A DNA stretch of 64,000 nucleotides from Gammaproteobacteria bacterium (lineage in GTDB: Bacteria; Pseudomonadota; Gammaproteobacteria; Eutrophobiales; Eutrophobiaceae), in NCBI GenBank assembly GCA_965215365.1, contig CBDCDS010000003.1, positions 1,216,001-1,280,000 of the forward strand, read 5' to 3'. Under the pieces are notes generated by a model. The model was not told where the DNA came from and made no database searches. It saw only the letters and a list, made by a program, of their open reading frames with translations. Position numbers and translations under genes: made by a program. Below, one piece after another: positions 9,462 to 20,031 of this stretch. Each line of letters starts with the position of its first letter. Within the stretch, counting starts at the first letter, position 1.

Positions 9462-10637
9462 TCAGTGGCAGAATTCCCTGACCAGCAGGCACACCGTAGC
9501 GACGATCTGAGCTGCCTCCTGCTCGGTGATGACCAGTGGCGGCAGCAGCCGCACGACCTTGCCGGCGGTCACGTTGAGCAACAGGCTCCGTTGCAGGGCC
9601 TGCTCCACCAGCGCGCCACAGTCGCGCTCCAGCTCAATCCCGATCATCAGCCCCTTGCCGCGGATGGCAACGACCCCGTCGAGCGCGCCCAGTTGCTCCC
9701 GGAAGCGCGCCAACATGGCCGCGCCGCAGGTGGCCGCGCGCTCGACCAGCTGTTGCTCACGCAGAGTCCTGATGACCGCCAGCGCCGCGGCCGCGGCGAG
9801 CGGATTGCCGCCGAAAGTGGAGCCGTGGCTGCCGGGTTGCAACAGGTCCGCGGCCGCGCCAGCGGCCAGACAGGCACCGACCGGCACGCCGTTGCCCAGA
9901 GATTTTGCCAGGGTGACCACGTCCGGCAGGATCGCCTCATGCTGGTAGGCGCACCAGGCACCGGTGCGCCCCATGCCCGTCTGTACTTCATCCAGCACCA
10001 ACAACCAGTCATTGCGCCGGCACAGTTCACGCAACGCACGCAAGTAACCGGGGGCGGGAACGTTGATGCCTCCCTCTCCCTGTATGGCCTCCAGCATGAC
10101 TGCGACGACCCGCGTACGCACGGTCTCGGGCAGCTGCAGGGCACTCAGGTCGTTATAGGGTACATGCAGGAAACCGGGCAACAGCGGCTCGAAGCCGGCA
10201 CGCACTTGTGCGTTGCCGGTGGCACTCAGCGTCGCCATGGTGCGGCCATGAAAACTGCCGGTCATGGTGATAATGAGTGGTTCTGCCACGTGCTTGTGGC
10301 GGGCAAATTTTCGGCAGATCTTGAGCGCGGCCTCGTTGGCTTCAGCACCGGAATTGCAGAAGAACACCCGCTCCATCCCGGTCACGTCGGCCAGCTGCTC
10401 GGCCAGTTCCTGCTGTAGCGGAATGCGATAAAGGTTGGACGTATGTATTAACCGTCCGGCCTGTTCGGCAACCGCCTTGGCCACCTCCGGGTGGGCGTGA
10501 CCCAAACCGCACACGGCGATGCCGCTCAGGGCGTCTAGGTAGCGGTTCCCCGCGTGATCCGTGAGCCAGGCACCCTGACCGTTCTCGAATGCCACGTCCA
10601 GGCGCTGGTAGGTTGCCATGATTGCTCTAGCCCGCAT
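9462..10637 (-). CDS. argD: Acetylornithine aminotransferase (alternative start at 10619)
   Basis: NSGAEANE, SFHGRT, DEVQTG.GRTG, TLAKSLG; adjacent to argF. Confidence 0.93.
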   Translation of the reverse strand: MRARAIMATYQRLDVAFENGQGAWLTDHAGNRYLDALSGIAVCGLGHAHPEVAKAVAEQAGRLIHTSNLYRIPLQQELAEQLADVTGMERVFFCNSGAEANEAALKICRKFARHKHVAEPLIITMTGSFHGRTMATLSATGNAQVRAGFEPLLPGFLHVPYNDLSALQLPETVRTRVVAVMLEAIQGEGGINVPAPGYLRALRELCRRNDWLLVLDEVQTGMGRTGAWCAYQHEAILPDVVTLAKSLGNGVPVGACLAAGAAADLLQPGSHGSTFGGNPLAAAAALAVIRTLREQQLVERAATCGAAMLARFREQLGALDGVVAIRGKGLMIGIELERDCGALVEQALQRSLLLNVTAGKVVRLLPPLVITEQEAAQIVATVCLLVREFCH

Positions 10638-10670
10638 ATCTCACCCAGTCGCTTGTTGCCTTATGAAACA
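10627..10670. mobile_element. Family A MITE end fragment
   Basis: CTAGCCCGCATATCTCACCCAGTCGCTTGTTGCCTTATGAAACA. Confidence 0.85.
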
Positions 10671-10753
10671 TGTCTGCGCGGAACGGCCGCAGGCAATACG
10701 CCCGGCAGCGCCTGACCGTTCCCCGTCGGCAGCTACTTGTAGTGTGCTCAGCG

Positions 10754-11341
10754 TCAGAAAGGTAATCCGTGACCCTGTCCGACCATACACATCAGCATGG
10801 GAATGGAGAGCAAGGTGTTGGTACGCGAGGCCATGGTGGCCACTACCTTGGCCTTGGCCTTGTCCTCGTCGGAGGCGGCGACCATACCGAGGACTTTCTT
10901 CTGGTTTGGCCAGATCAACACCCACACGTTAAACAGCATGATGGTGCCCAGCCAGGCGCCCACGCCGATAATCATGGCGCCGTTTTCGAGCATGAAGGCA
11001 TTGCCAAGGCCTATCCCCATGATTTCCAGAGTGGCGGCGCCGGTGAGCCAGGTCAGCAGTGCCGCCCAGCGGAACCACAGCAACGCCAACGGGGCGACGT
11101 ACTTGCCGATGGCGGCTGGCCCCGGGCCGTCACTGTCGGCCGCTGCGGTAGCCATGGCCGGTATCTGCACAAAATTAAAGTAGTACAACAGCCCGATCCA
11201 GATTACCCCGAAAAAGACATGCAGCCAGACCATCAGCGACCACATGTTAAGGCCGCTGGCGCCAATCAGCCGGATGACCACCGCGGCGGTGACAAAGCCC
11301 AGGATCAAGGTGCCTGTTATCGTTTTAAGCGGATTCATCAT
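10754..11341 (-). CDS. PuuD/urate-oxidase N-terminal-like membrane protein (no cytochrome domain)
   Basis: WLHV..GV.WIGLLYYFNFVQ, ALLWFRWAA, NVW..IWPNQKK, SRTNT. Confidence 0.8.
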   Translation of the reverse strand: MMNPLKTITGTLILGFVTAAVVIRLIGASGLNMWSLMVWLHVFFGVIWIGLLYYFNFVQIPAMATAAADSDGPGPAAIGKYVAPLALLWFRWAALLTWLTGAATLEIMGIGLGNAFMLENGAMIIGVGAWLGTIMLFNVWVLIWPNQKKVLGMVAASDEDKAKAKVVATMASRTNTLLSIPMLMCMVGQGHGLPF

Positions 11342-11480
11342 TACCCTCCAGAGTAAGGTGTTATAAAAAATTGCGGTGCAAGGGTGATTATACTACTTGT
11401 TTCCGGTTTTTCATTTGCAAGTTTTGAGTTTCCGGTTTTTGGTTGTAGAATGGCGGGAAACCGCAAACTGAAGACCAATT

Positions 11481-11819
11481 ATGACTGACATTGTTCAAGA
11501 GTTGAAAGACATTATCTCCGCCAACCCGGTGCTCCTGTTCATGAAAGGAACACCCGATTTTCCTCAGTGCGGATTCTCCATGCGTACCGTGCAGGCACTC
11601 AAGGCGTGCGAGGCCGAGTTTGCTTATGTGGACGTGCTGGCCAAACCGGAAGTGCGCCAGAACCTCCCCAAAGTATCGAACTGGCCGACATTCCCCCAGG
11701 TCTTTGTCAACGGCGAGCTGATTGGCGGCTGCGACATCGTGTTGGAGATGCACCAGTCAGGGGAGTTGCAGACTGCGCTGGACCGGGCCGGCGCCGACGC
11801 CGACGCTACTGCTTCCTGA
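11481..11819 (+). CDS. grxD: Monothiol glutaredoxin
   Basis: MKGTP..PQCGFS, WPTFPQ, GGCDI. Confidence 0.96.
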   Translation: MTDIVQELKDIISANPVLLFMKGTPDFPQCGFSMRTVQALKACEAEFAYVDVLAKPEVRQNLPKVSNWPTFPQVFVNGELIGGCDIVLEMHQSGELQTALDRAGADADATAS

Positions 11820-12486
11820 CCAATTGTTCCATCATGCGCTGGTGTGCGGCCAGTTCTTGCGCGTCCGGTTGCAGCACTTGCAGTGGCGTCTGGCGTCGGG
11901 TCGCGCGCGGTTGCGGCAGGCTGGTTCCCGGGTGCCGTTCCTGCTCCTCGTCCAGCAGCAGGTCGGACTGGCCGCCGGTCATGGCCAGATAGACTCCCAG
12001 TAACAGTTCCGCGTCCAGCAGCGCGCCGTGCAGGTCGCGGTTGGAATTGTCGATCTGGTAGCGTTGACACAAGGCATCCAGACTGTTTCTCTGGCCCGGG
12101 TGCAGTTCCCGCGCCAGCACCAGAGTGTCAAGGATGCGGCAGTAATCCTCCAGCTTGCCCCATTGCGCGCCCAGGCGCGCCAGTTCAGCGTTGATGAACG
12201 CCACATCGAAGGGCGCGTTGTGGATGATCAGTTCACCGTCGCGGATGAACTCTAGGAACGGGTTTGCGATGTCTTCAAAAACAGGCTCTCCTGCCAGTTG
12301 CTGGTTGGTAATCCCATGAATCTCGATGGCCTCACCGGTTATCTCGCGCTCGGGGTTTATATAGTAGTGCAAGTGACGCTCGGTGCGGCGCCGGTCCTTG
12401 ACTTCGAGGCAGCCGATTTCAATAATCCGGTGCCCCTGGCCCGGCTCCAGCCCCGTGGTTTCGGTATCCAGGATAATCTGACGCAT
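11806..12486 (-). CDS. dnaQ: DNA polymerase III epsilon subunit
   Basis: MRQIILDTETTG, HNAPFD, HGALLDAELL. Confidence 0.96.
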   Translation of the reverse strand: MRQIILDTETTGLEPGQGHRIIEIGCLEVKDRRRTERHLHYYINPEREITGEAIEIHGITNQQLAGEPVFEDIANPFLEFIRDGELIIHNAPFDVAFINAELARLGAQWGKLEDYCRILDTLVLARELHPGQRNSLDALCQRYQIDNSNRDLHGALLDAELLLGVYLAMTGGQSDLLLDEEQERHPGTSLPQPRATRRQTPLQVLQPDAQELAAHQRMMEQLVRKQ

Positions 12487-12503
12487 TGCTGACCGTGCGG
12501 AGT

Positions 12504-12956
12504 CTAATCCTGCCCCTGTGTTTGCAGTCGTTCCATGGCACGGGTGGCCAGTGCGTCGGCGCGTTCGTTTTCCGTATGACCGCTGTGGCCCTTCACCCAG
12601 CGCCATTCGATTTCATGGCCCTGCGCCAGTTCGTCTAGGCGTTGCCACAAGTCCTGATTCTTGACCGGGCGTTTGGCTGCGGTGCGCCAACCACGCTGCT
12701 TCCAGTTCTCCAGCCATTGCAGGATACCATTGCGCACGTAGTTGGAATCGGTGGTCAGACGTACCCGGCAGGGCTCCTTCAGTGCTTCCAAGGCCTTGAT
12801 CGCGGCGGTCAGTTCCATGCGGTTGTTGGTAGTCTGCGGCACCGCGCCGGATAACTCTTTTTCGGTATCCCGGTAGCGCAACAACGCGCCCCACCCACCC
12901 GGTCCGGGGTTGCCGCGACAACCGCCGTCGGTGAAGATTTCAATGAATTTATTCAT
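12504..12956 (-). CDS. rnhA: Ribonuclease HI
   Basis: [29 protein letters not shown]. Confidence 0.97.
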   Translation of the reverse strand: MNKFIEIFTDGGCRGNPGPGGWGALLRYRDTEKELSGAVPQTTNNRMELTAAIKALEALKEPCRVRLTTDSNYVRNGILQWLENWKQRGWRTAAKRPVKNQDLWQRLDELAQGHEIEWRWVKGHSGHTENERADALATRAMERLQTQGQD

Positions 12957-13722
12957 GCTGCGCCGCCATGGTGGCCGTGCCCGCCGGGGCCCCCGACCAT
13001 AACAGTTTTTTATGCCATTTCAATTTTGCCGGCGATACCGGCGCCCGGCGTTTCTGCGCGACCATGATCCAGGCGGCACCGCAAAATGGCCGGCGCCATG
13101 CCCCCTGGCACTCCAGGCATAACAGGCGCCGCCAGCGCGGCCGGCCCTGGCAGGGTAGCCGAAACCGAAAATATTCGGTGGCAACCACTTCAAAACCTAG
13201 CACGGCCAGACGGCGCCTGAGGACGCCGGCGCTGTGGAAACGGCCATCCCAGGGCGGCCGTTTGCGCGCCGGCGGATACAGGCGCAGCAAACCCCAGAGG
13301 CTCCAGGGGTTGAAGCCGGCGATAATGAGCCGACCATCCTCGATCAGGATGCGCTCAACCTCCGCCAGGACTGCGTCGGGTTGTGCGGCATATTCCAGCA
13401 CATGCGGTAGCACCACAACATCGATACTGTGCAGGGCGAACGGCAGGGCTGCCGCCGAGCCCAGCGCGGCGCAACGGCTGTCGTGCATGCCGTCGGCGTC
13501 CAGGCGCAACTCGAATTTGCTCCTGATGCGTCGGGCCGAATCCAGCATCCCGTCGCTATGGGAGCCGACCTGTAGCGCGTAATACCCGAACAACCCGGGC
13601 AGCACCCGTGCCAACCTTTCCCGTTCGCAACCGGCAAGCCCGGCCCCGCCGGCGTCTCTGAGCCAGGCGGAAAATCCGGCGCGGGAAGGAGTATCAGCTG
13701 ATGTGAGAGATGTGTTTTCCAT
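12949..13722 (-). CDS. YafS-like SAM-dependent methyltransferase
   Basis: [24 protein letters not shown]; rnhA-adjacent. Confidence 0.85.
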   Translation of the reverse strand: MENTSLTSADTPSRAGFSAWLRDAGGAGLAGCERERLARVLPGLFGYYALQVGSHSDGMLDSARRIRSKFELRLDADGMHDSRCAALGSAAALPFALHSIDVVVLPHVLEYAAQPDAVLAEVERILIEDGRLIIAGFNPWSLWGLLRLYPPARKRPPWDGRFHSAGVLRRRLAVLGFEVVATEYFRFRLPCQGRPRWRRLLCLECQGAWRRPFCGAAWIMVAQKRRAPVSPAKLKWHKKLLWSGAPAGTATMAAQHE

Positions 13723-13842
13723 GAATACGGCACGCTGTGAACAGCAGGAATCTTAACCCAGACCACAACATGATCAACCGGAATTCGCACTATTTTTTGA
13801 AAAAAACTTGACAGCCTCTCATTACACCCCTAGCATTCATCA

Positions 13843-15471
13843 ATGCGCTGTCCGAGACTGCCCCTGTTTGCCATTCCCCTCGCGCTCCTGTCAGGCGCGT
13901 GCGGCCAGCTACCCCCGAAGGAAACCGCAGAGAACCTGCCAGAAGTTATTACTGCCGAAGCGCTTGCGCAACAGGTTGAATACATTGTGCCGGAGCCGGA
14001 ACTGCTGCCGGAAGAGGCCGTAGAGGAAGTCGTGCCGGTGGAAGGCGAACCTCCTGACCCGGTTGCGCAACACGGCGATCTGTGGCAACGGCTCGGGGCC
14101 AACCTGAACCTGCCTCGACATCTGCAGCACAAGTCGGTGAAGGGCCGGCTGGCCTGGTATGCCAAAAATCAGGCCTACCTGGACCGGGTGGTGGAGCGCA
14201 GCCGCCCTTACCTGTACCATGTCGTCACCGCAGTGGAAAAACGCGGGATGCCGCTGGAACTGGCCTTGTTGCCGGTCGTGGAGAGCGCGTTCCACCCCTT
14301 TGCCTACTCACGCAGCCATGCCTCGGGTATCTGGCAGTTCATTCCCAGCACCGGCAGGATCTTCAGGCTGAAACAGAATTGGTGGTACGACGGTCGCCGG
14401 GACATCGTCGAAGCTACCCGCGGCGCGCTGGACTACCTGGAGAAACTGAGTGGTGATTTCGATGGCGACTGGCTGCTGGCCCTGGCTGCCTACAATACCG
14501 GTGAGCGCAATGTGGAGCGGGCGGTGCGGCGCAATAAAAAAGCCGGCAAGGCGACGGACTTCTTCTCCCTGCGTCTGCCTCGGGAAACCCGGGGGTATGT
14601 GCCCAGTCTGCTGGCTGTAGCGGAACTGGTAGCCAACCCGGAACAATATGGCATCGCCTGGAAGCCGGTGACCGACCAGCAGTATTTTGCCCAGGTGGAT
14701 GTGGGTGGGCAGCTCGATCTCGCCGTCGCTGCGGACCTGGCCGGGCTGAGCATGGATGAGTTTTATACGCTGAATCCGGGTTTCAATCGCTGGGCCACCG
14801 ACCCGGACGGGCCGCACCGGTTACTGGTGCCGGTTGCCAGGGAAGAATCGTTCCGGCAGCAGCTTGCGGCCCTGTCGCCGGAACAACGGCTGAGCTGGAC
14901 TTCCCACCAGGTCAATAAAGGCGAGACTCTGGGCGGCATTGCGGCGCGCTACCGCACTTCCGTGGCGGCGCTGAAATCCGTGAACGAACTGCGCGGCAAC
15001 ACCATCCATCAGGGCGATATCCTGCGCGTGGCGGCGCCTCGGGAAGCACTGAAACACTACACGCTCAGTGTGGACGGGCGGCGCTTGCGCGGGCTCAAGG
15101 ACAGCGGCGATGGCAACAAGTATATTTACACGGTAAAACGCGGCGATACACTCTGGGACATTGGCAAGCATTATGGCGTGAGCGTGAAACAACTGACAGG
15201 ATGGAATGGTATTTCCGCGCGCAAATACCTGCGTCCGGGGCAGAAACTGACCCTGTGGTTTGCTGAAGACGACAAGCAGGCGCCAACGGCAGGCGGCCAA
15301 CCGGCCAGTGACCCGTTCCACTACACCGTAAAAAAAGGCGATTCCCTGTGGTCGATAGCGAAAAAATTCAACGTCACGATTAAACAACTACTGGCCTGGA
15401 ACAACCTGCGCAAAAACAAGTACCTGTATCCCAACCAGAAAATAACGGTTTACCAGAGCGGTTCTTCCTGA
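13843..15471 (+). CDS. mltD: Membrane-bound lytic murein transglycosylase D
   Basis: Lipobox, SLT (VESAF, GIWQF, AYNTG, ETRGYV), three LysM domains. Confidence 0.94.
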   Translation: MRCPRLPLFAIPLALLSGACGQLPPKETAENLPEVITAEALAQQVEYIVPEPELLPEEAVEEVVPVEGEPPDPVAQHGDLWQRLGANLNLPRHLQHKSVKGRLAWYAKNQAYLDRVVERSRPYLYHVVTAVEKRGMPLELALLPVVESAFHPFAYSRSHASGIWQFIPSTGRIFRLKQNWWYDGRRDIVEATRGALDYLEKLSGDFDGDWLLALAAYNTGERNVERAVRRNKKAGKATDFFSLRLPRETRGYVPSLLAVAELVANPEQYGIAWKPVTDQQYFAQVDVGGQLDLAVAADLAGLSMDEFYTLNPGFNRWATDPDGPHRLLVPVAREESFRQQLAALSPEQRLSWTSHQVNKGETLGGIAARYRTSVAALKSVNELRGNTIHQGDILRVAAPREALKHYTLSVDGRRLRGLKDSGDGNKYIYTVKRGDTLWDIGKHYGVSVKQLTGWNGISARKYLRPGQKLTLWFAEDDKQAPTAGGQPASDPFHYTVKKGDSLWSIAKKFNVTIKQLLAWNNLRKNKYLYPNQKITVYQSGSS

Positions 15472-15513
15472 TATTCCCGCAACTTGATCCTGACATGTCC
15501 GGAACCAGATAAT

Positions 15514-15669
15514 GGTAACCTCTAAAAATACCCTCCGTGGTATCTTTAGAGACGGAAACGAAAAAGTATGATTTTTCGTTCCCTTCATTTTCAAGCACTT
15601 ACGTGCTTGCAGTTACTGGCAGCACATCCCTGTGCTGCACGGGCGCCTCGTGTAATAGAGGCACCCTAA
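15514..15669. mobile_element. Family B MITE-like element
   Basis: GGTAACCTCTAAAAATACCCTCCGTGGTATCTTTAGAG ... TAGAGGCACCCTA; interior homologous (inverted) to 1313-1550. Confidence 0.75.
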
Positions 15670-15694
15670 TATCAGTCGTCAGGGGCGTTTTGGC

Positions 15695-17845
15695 ATGAGT
15701 GGTTTGTTAAAATTCTTCCTGCGCGGCCTGTTGCGCTTGTTGTACCGGGTCGAAGTGACCGGTGTGGAACACTATCGACAGGCTGGCAAGCGGGTGTTGA
15801 TCATCGCCAACCATGTCTCATTGCTGGACGGCATGTTGTTGTATGCCTGGTTACCCGATGATTTGCGCTTTGCCATCAACACCCAGGTGGCTGCGCGGGC
15901 GCGCTTCAAACCGTTTCTCCGCTTTGCCGATCTGTACACCTTGGACCCCACCAATCCATTGTCGGTCAAGTCCATGGTGCATTTCCTGCGCCAGGACCGC
16001 AAAGCGGTGATTTTCCCCGAAGGCCGCATTACCAGCACCGGCGGCCTGATGAAGATCTACGAAGGGCCGGGCTTGATCGCCGATCGCGCCGGGGCAACGG
16101 TGCTGCCCGTTGCCATCGACGGGCCGCAGTACACGCGCTTCGGCTACCTGGGAGAACGCAAAATGTTTCCCCGGATCAGCCTCAAAATTCTGGCGCCGGA
16201 GCAACTGGCGCTGGACCCGTCGTTGCGTGGACATGCACGGCGCAAGGCCGCGGCCGCGCAGCTGCAGGACCTGATGACCCGCTTGTCGTTTGCCTGTTAC
16301 GACTATGACAACACTGTATTCGACGCCATCCTGCGGGCCGCGGCGCGCTTCGGGCCGCGGCGCGTGGCGCTGGAAGACCTCAAGCGCGAGCCACTGAACT
16401 ACCGGCAGTTGCTCATGCGCGCGTTCATCTTGGGGGGTGTACTGCGCCGCGCTACACAAGCCGGGGAACGTGTCGGCGTGCTGATGCCAAACGTGGCCGG
16501 CGGGGTGGTGGTGTATCTGTCTCTGGTCTTCCTGGAACGGGTTCCCGCCATGCTGAACTATACCACCGGCCTGCAAGTGCTGCTGCAAGCCTGTGACACC
16601 GCGTCGATCAGGACGGTTTATACCTCCCGGCAATTCGTGCAAAGTGCCGGCCTTGAGGCCTTGGCAACAGGTCTGGCGCAACGCGTTAATCTGGTCTATC
16701 TGGAAGACCTGCGCACGCGCATCGGAGTCACCGACAAACTGTTCGGACTGCTGCGCAGCTACTTCCCGCGCCTCGGCTACCGCCCGACGGCAAGGCCGGA
16801 AGACCCCGCCTCCATCCTGTTTACCTCCGGTTCGGAAGGCGCGCCCAAAGGCGTGGTGTTATCGCACCGCAACCTGCTGGCCAACTTTGCCCAGGCGCGT
16901 GCCTGCATCAGCTTCAAACCCGGCGATGTTTTTTTCAGTTGCCTGCCGTTGTTTCACTCGTTCGGACTGAACATTGGCTGTGTGCTGCCGCTGCTGGGCG
17001 GCTGCCGCATCTTCCTTTATACCACACCGTTGCATTACCGCATTATTCCCGAACTGCTGTACCAGACCGACGCATCGGTGCTGTTTGCCACCAATACCTT
17101 CCTCAAGGGGTATGCCCGCCACGCCCATCGCTATGATTTCAGGTCCCTGAAATACGTGCTGGCCGGGGCGGAAAAGTTGCAGGATGATACCCGGCGACTG
17201 TGGCTGGAGAAGTTCGGCATTCGCATCCTTGAGGGTTATGGTGCCACGGAATGCAGTCCGGTAGTCTCGGTGAACACGCCTATCGACAACAAACCCGGCA
17301 GCGTGGGCAAGCTGCTGCCGGGAATGCGAGCCTATCTGGCGCCGATGCCGGGTATTGAAACGGGCGGCAGACTGGTGGTCAGCGGGCCGAACGTGATGTC
17401 CGGTTACCTGCTGCACGGCACGGACGGCAGCATCGAGGCGCCGCGTACCGAGCGCGGGGAGGGCTGGTATGATACCGGCGATATTGCCGCCATTGACACC
17501 GAGGGTTACATCAAACTGCTGGGCCGGGCGAAGCGCTTTGCCAAGATCGGCGGCGAGATGATCTCCCTGACCGCGGTGGAAGAACTGGCCGCGCAGACCT
17601 GGCCAGAGCGCAATCACGCAGCGCTGGCGTTACCCGATGCGCGCAAGGGCGAGAAGATTATCCTGATTTCCGAGCACGAGCAGGCAACCCGCAAGGCATT
17701 CCAGGAAAAAGCGCAGCAACTGGGTTATGGCGAACTGTACATTCCCAGAGAAGTGTTGCACCGGCCCGAGCTACCGGTGTTGGGCACGGGTAAAACGGAC
17801 TATGTGACGCTGCAAGCACAGCTGGCAGAGCCACCGGACGCCTGA
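15695..17845 (+). CDS. aas: Bifunctional acyltransferase/acyl-ACP synthetase
   Basis: NHVSLLD and FPEG (PlsC-like); FTSGSEGAPKGV, GYGATE, YDTGD (AMP-binding). Confidence 0.9.
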   Translation: MSGLLKFFLRGLLRLLYRVEVTGVEHYRQAGKRVLIIANHVSLLDGMLLYAWLPDDLRFAINTQVAARARFKPFLRFADLYTLDPTNPLSVKSMVHFLRQDRKAVIFPEGRITSTGGLMKIYEGPGLIADRAGATVLPVAIDGPQYTRFGYLGERKMFPRISLKILAPEQLALDPSLRGHARRKAAAAQLQDLMTRLSFACYDYDNTVFDAILRAAARFGPRRVALEDLKREPLNYRQLLMRAFILGGVLRRATQAGERVGVLMPNVAGGVVVYLSLVFLERVPAMLNYTTGLQVLLQACDTASIRTVYTSRQFVQSAGLEALATGLAQRVNLVYLEDLRTRIGVTDKLFGLLRSYFPRLGYRPTARPEDPASILFTSGSEGAPKGVVLSHRNLLANFAQARACISFKPGDVFFSCLPLFHSFGLNIGCVLPLLGGCRIFLYTTPLHYRIIPELLYQTDASVLFATNTFLKGYARHAHRYDFRSLKYVLAGAEKLQDDTRRLWLEKFGIRILEGYGATECSPVVSVNTPIDNKPGSVGKLLPGMRAYLAPMPGIETGGRLVVSGPNVMSGYLLHGTDGSIEAPRTERGEGWYDTGDIAAIDTEGYIKLLGRAKRFAKIGGEMISLTAVEELAAQTWPERNHAALALPDARKGEKIILISEHEQATRKAFQEKAQQLGYGELYIPREVLHRPELPVLGTGKTDYVTLQAQLAEPPDA

Positions 17846-17943
17846 CGGGAGCCATTGACAGAGGGCAGGTTTTGCCTCATACCGGCACTCATGGACTGAA
17901 GGGACGCTCACATCTTTATTACATTTGGTGAGATATGCGGGTT

Positions 17944-18137
17944 AAGACCATGGAGCTTGATATGAATTACGAATTGATCACTATAATTTTTACCATCCTG
18001 TTGTCTTGGGCTTCAATAGTCTGGTTTATCTGGACAACCCATAAGGATACTCATGAGCAGATAGCTGGTTTGCATGAGCGCATGGCCAGCCTAGAAGGCA
18101 AAATAAGCGTTATGATGGATATGTTTCAATCCTGGCT
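17944..18137 (+). repeat. 194-bp direct repeat, left copy (IS1634 target duplication)
   Basis: Matches 20032-20225 by eye. Confidence 0.93.
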
Positions 18138-18168
18138 CCCGACTTCGACGGTTTATTTCTCTAACTGA
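17950..18168 (+). CDS. Small TM plus coiled-coil protein, copy with IS-derived C-terminus
   Basis: MELDMNYELITIIFTILLSWASIVWFIW...; last residues (PTSTVYFSN) read into the IS end. Confidence 0.6.
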   Translation: MELDMNYELITIIFTILLSWASIVWFIWTTHKDTHEQIAGLHERMASLEGKISVMMDMFQSWLPTSTVYFSN

Positions 18169-18238
18169 TTGATTTTATTGAAGGCGCGTTGACCCGTAGG
18201 CACTACAATTGCCTTGTTTCGGCGTTCTCAGGGGCGGG

Positions 18239-19894
18239 CTATTTGAGCTCGTAGGGGGTGGTGGAGTGACTCAATCCCATGATTTTGTAGAGGCGCCGGG
18301 CGGTTTCACTGATGGCGGAGGGAATCACGTAGCGGCGGTGTGTCTGTTGATGTGTCAGGACACTGTGCTGCACGTGGGCCAGCGCGTTGCGGATGACTTC
18401 GGGGGAGACCGGCTTGGCTTGCAGGGTCATGCGGTATTGCAGGTGTCGGACACAGAGCAGGGACATAAAGGCGATGGCGATGTGGGCTTCGATGCGTCGG
18501 GGGGTCCAGTGGTAGATGGGTCTTATCTTGAGATCGTGCTTACTTACCCGGAAGGTATCTTCGACCTGCCACAGGCCGCGATACTGGCTTAAGATGGCGG
18601 GGGCGGTGGTAGATGTTGGCAGGTTGGTGATAACCCCGTGCAGGCCGTCCCAGCGTTGTGCTTGGGCAATTTTATCGGGGTTGACGCTGAGGGTACTGTT
18701 GCCGTCTACCTTGAGGTATTTCTTATAACCGTAGTTGTTGAGCAGGTCTTTGGGGTTTTGGCTTTTGGCCAGTTTCTCACGGAGCTTGGCGATGGCCTGG
18801 TCGCGGTCATGCCGGTCTTTCTCGGCACGCACTGGGGAGTAGCCCACCACCAGACGGCGGGAGTCGTGGGGTAGGTCCGCCACCCGCAGTCCGTCGCTAT
18901 CTGTCAGGGTCTCATAGCGGTCTTCATCGAGCACTTGGGTTTGCAGGGCGTGCGGCAGGGACTTGAGTCGGGCACCGACGATGTAGTGCAGGCCGGCGTC
19001 CTCTAAGGCGCTGAGGTTATCCCTGCTCAGCAGCCCCCGGTCGGCAACGACCACGGCGTTGTCGGCCTGACAGTCGGTTTGTAAGGCTTTGACCACCGGG
19101 ATGAGGCTGTGTCCCTCGAAGGTGGCGCCGGGCAGCACGGTGTAGCGCACGGGCAGGCCGGTGTCGGTGACGGCCAGGGCCAGCAGCACCTGGCATTCTT
19201 TGAACTTGGCGTCTTTGCTGTAGCCGGGTTGTTTGAGCTCATCGTCGGTGAATGATTCAAAGTACAAGGTGGTGCAATCGAAGAACAGCACGCGTAGCGG
19301 CCCGCCGAGCAGCGCCCGGGCTTGGGTCTCGGCCAGGGTATTGAGGCGTTCGATACAGGCCGCATCGAGCAAGTCCATCATGCGGTAGATTTGGGGCAGG
19401 GACACTTGCACGCCGAAGTCGGCTGTCAGGGCGCGCACACTGGCCCGTTTGCTGTCCGGGTTGGCTAGGCGCGCCATCACCGTATGGAACAGCGCTTTGT
19501 GCGAGGCCCGGTAGCGCCAGGCTGGCAGCAACCGGGACAGCCCTAAGTCCTCGTACACGGCGCCGTACACCGCATGGATGCCGCTGATGACACGCTGGGT
19601 TTCCCGCAGGGCTTTGAGCTCGACTTTCAGCGGTGAGTCGTCCTGCCGGGCGCGGGCGGCGCTGAGTTGCTCGGCGACATCTTCGGGCGGGAACAGCTCG
19701 GGCTGGGTCTCGGCCTGAAGTTTGGCTTTGACCACTTCGGCTAAGTCTTTGAGCCGGACGAGCTCGTCTTCATCGAAGGCAATACCGATATGGCGCACAA
19801 TGCGCTGGCGCACGGCCTTGCCGTCACGCACTGACTCGACGAGTTGTACGGATTGACGCGGGCTGTTGGGGGTGGTTTTGACGCGCACGAACAT
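18239..19894 (-). CDS. IS1634-family DDE transposase
   Basis: FFDCTTLYFES, GYSKD, VADRG, QYRGLWQVEDTFRVSK, RPIYHW..RI.AH. Confidence 0.95.
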   Translation of the reverse strand: MFVRVKTTPNSPRQSVQLVESVRDGKAVRQRIVRHIGIAFDEDELVRLKDLAEVVKAKLQAETQPELFPPEDVAEQLSAARARQDDSPLKVELKALRETQRVISGIHAVYGAVYEDLGLSRLLPAWRYRASHKALFHTVMARLANPDSKRASVRALTADFGVQVSLPQIYRMMDLLDAACIERLNTLAETQARALLGGPLRVLFFDCTTLYFESFTDDELKQPGYSKDAKFKECQVLLALAVTDTGLPVRYTVLPGATFEGHSLIPVVKALQTDCQADNAVVVADRGLLSRDNLSALEDAGLHYIVGARLKSLPHALQTQVLDEDRYETLTDSDGLRVADLPHDSRRLVVGYSPVRAEKDRHDRDQAIAKLREKLAKSQNPKDLLNNYGYKKYLKVDGNSTLSVNPDKIAQAQRWDGLHGVITNLPTSTTAPAILSQYRGLWQVEDTFRVSKHDLKIRPIYHWTPRRIEAHIAIAFMSLLCVRHLQYRMTLQAKPVSPEVIRNALAHVQHSVLTHQQTHRRYVIPSAISETARRLYKIMGLSHSTTPYELK

Positions 19895-19901
19895 AGCCCG
19901 G

Positions 19902-19930
19902 AGGATACCACGCGCCGCCCACAATGTCAA
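19902..19930 (-). promoter_or_regulatory. Sigma70 promoter of the transposase (probably leaderless mRNA)
   Basis: TTGACA-17 nt-TATCCT, 7 nt before ATG at 19894. Confidence 0.7.
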
Positions 19931-20031
19931 GCTACAAATATCAACTAGGCACTACAACTGCCTGCTCCAAAACACGTTTTGATTTACAAGAGATTTTCAG
20001 ATAAAGTAAGCACCAGACCGTCGAAGTCGGG

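Larger units (their letters stand above)
18138..20031 (-). mobile_element. IS1634-family insertion sequence
   Basis: TIRs CCCGACTTCGACGGT / ACCGTCGAAGTCGGG, single transposase, long flanking direct repeat. Confidence 0.93.

Noticed and set aside
12487-12606. Long N-terminal extensions from the ORF track for dnaQ, xerD, fhcB, fhcD, rpsP and the cupredoxin
   Set aside because: They overlap neighbours or repeats; downstream starts match family N-termini.
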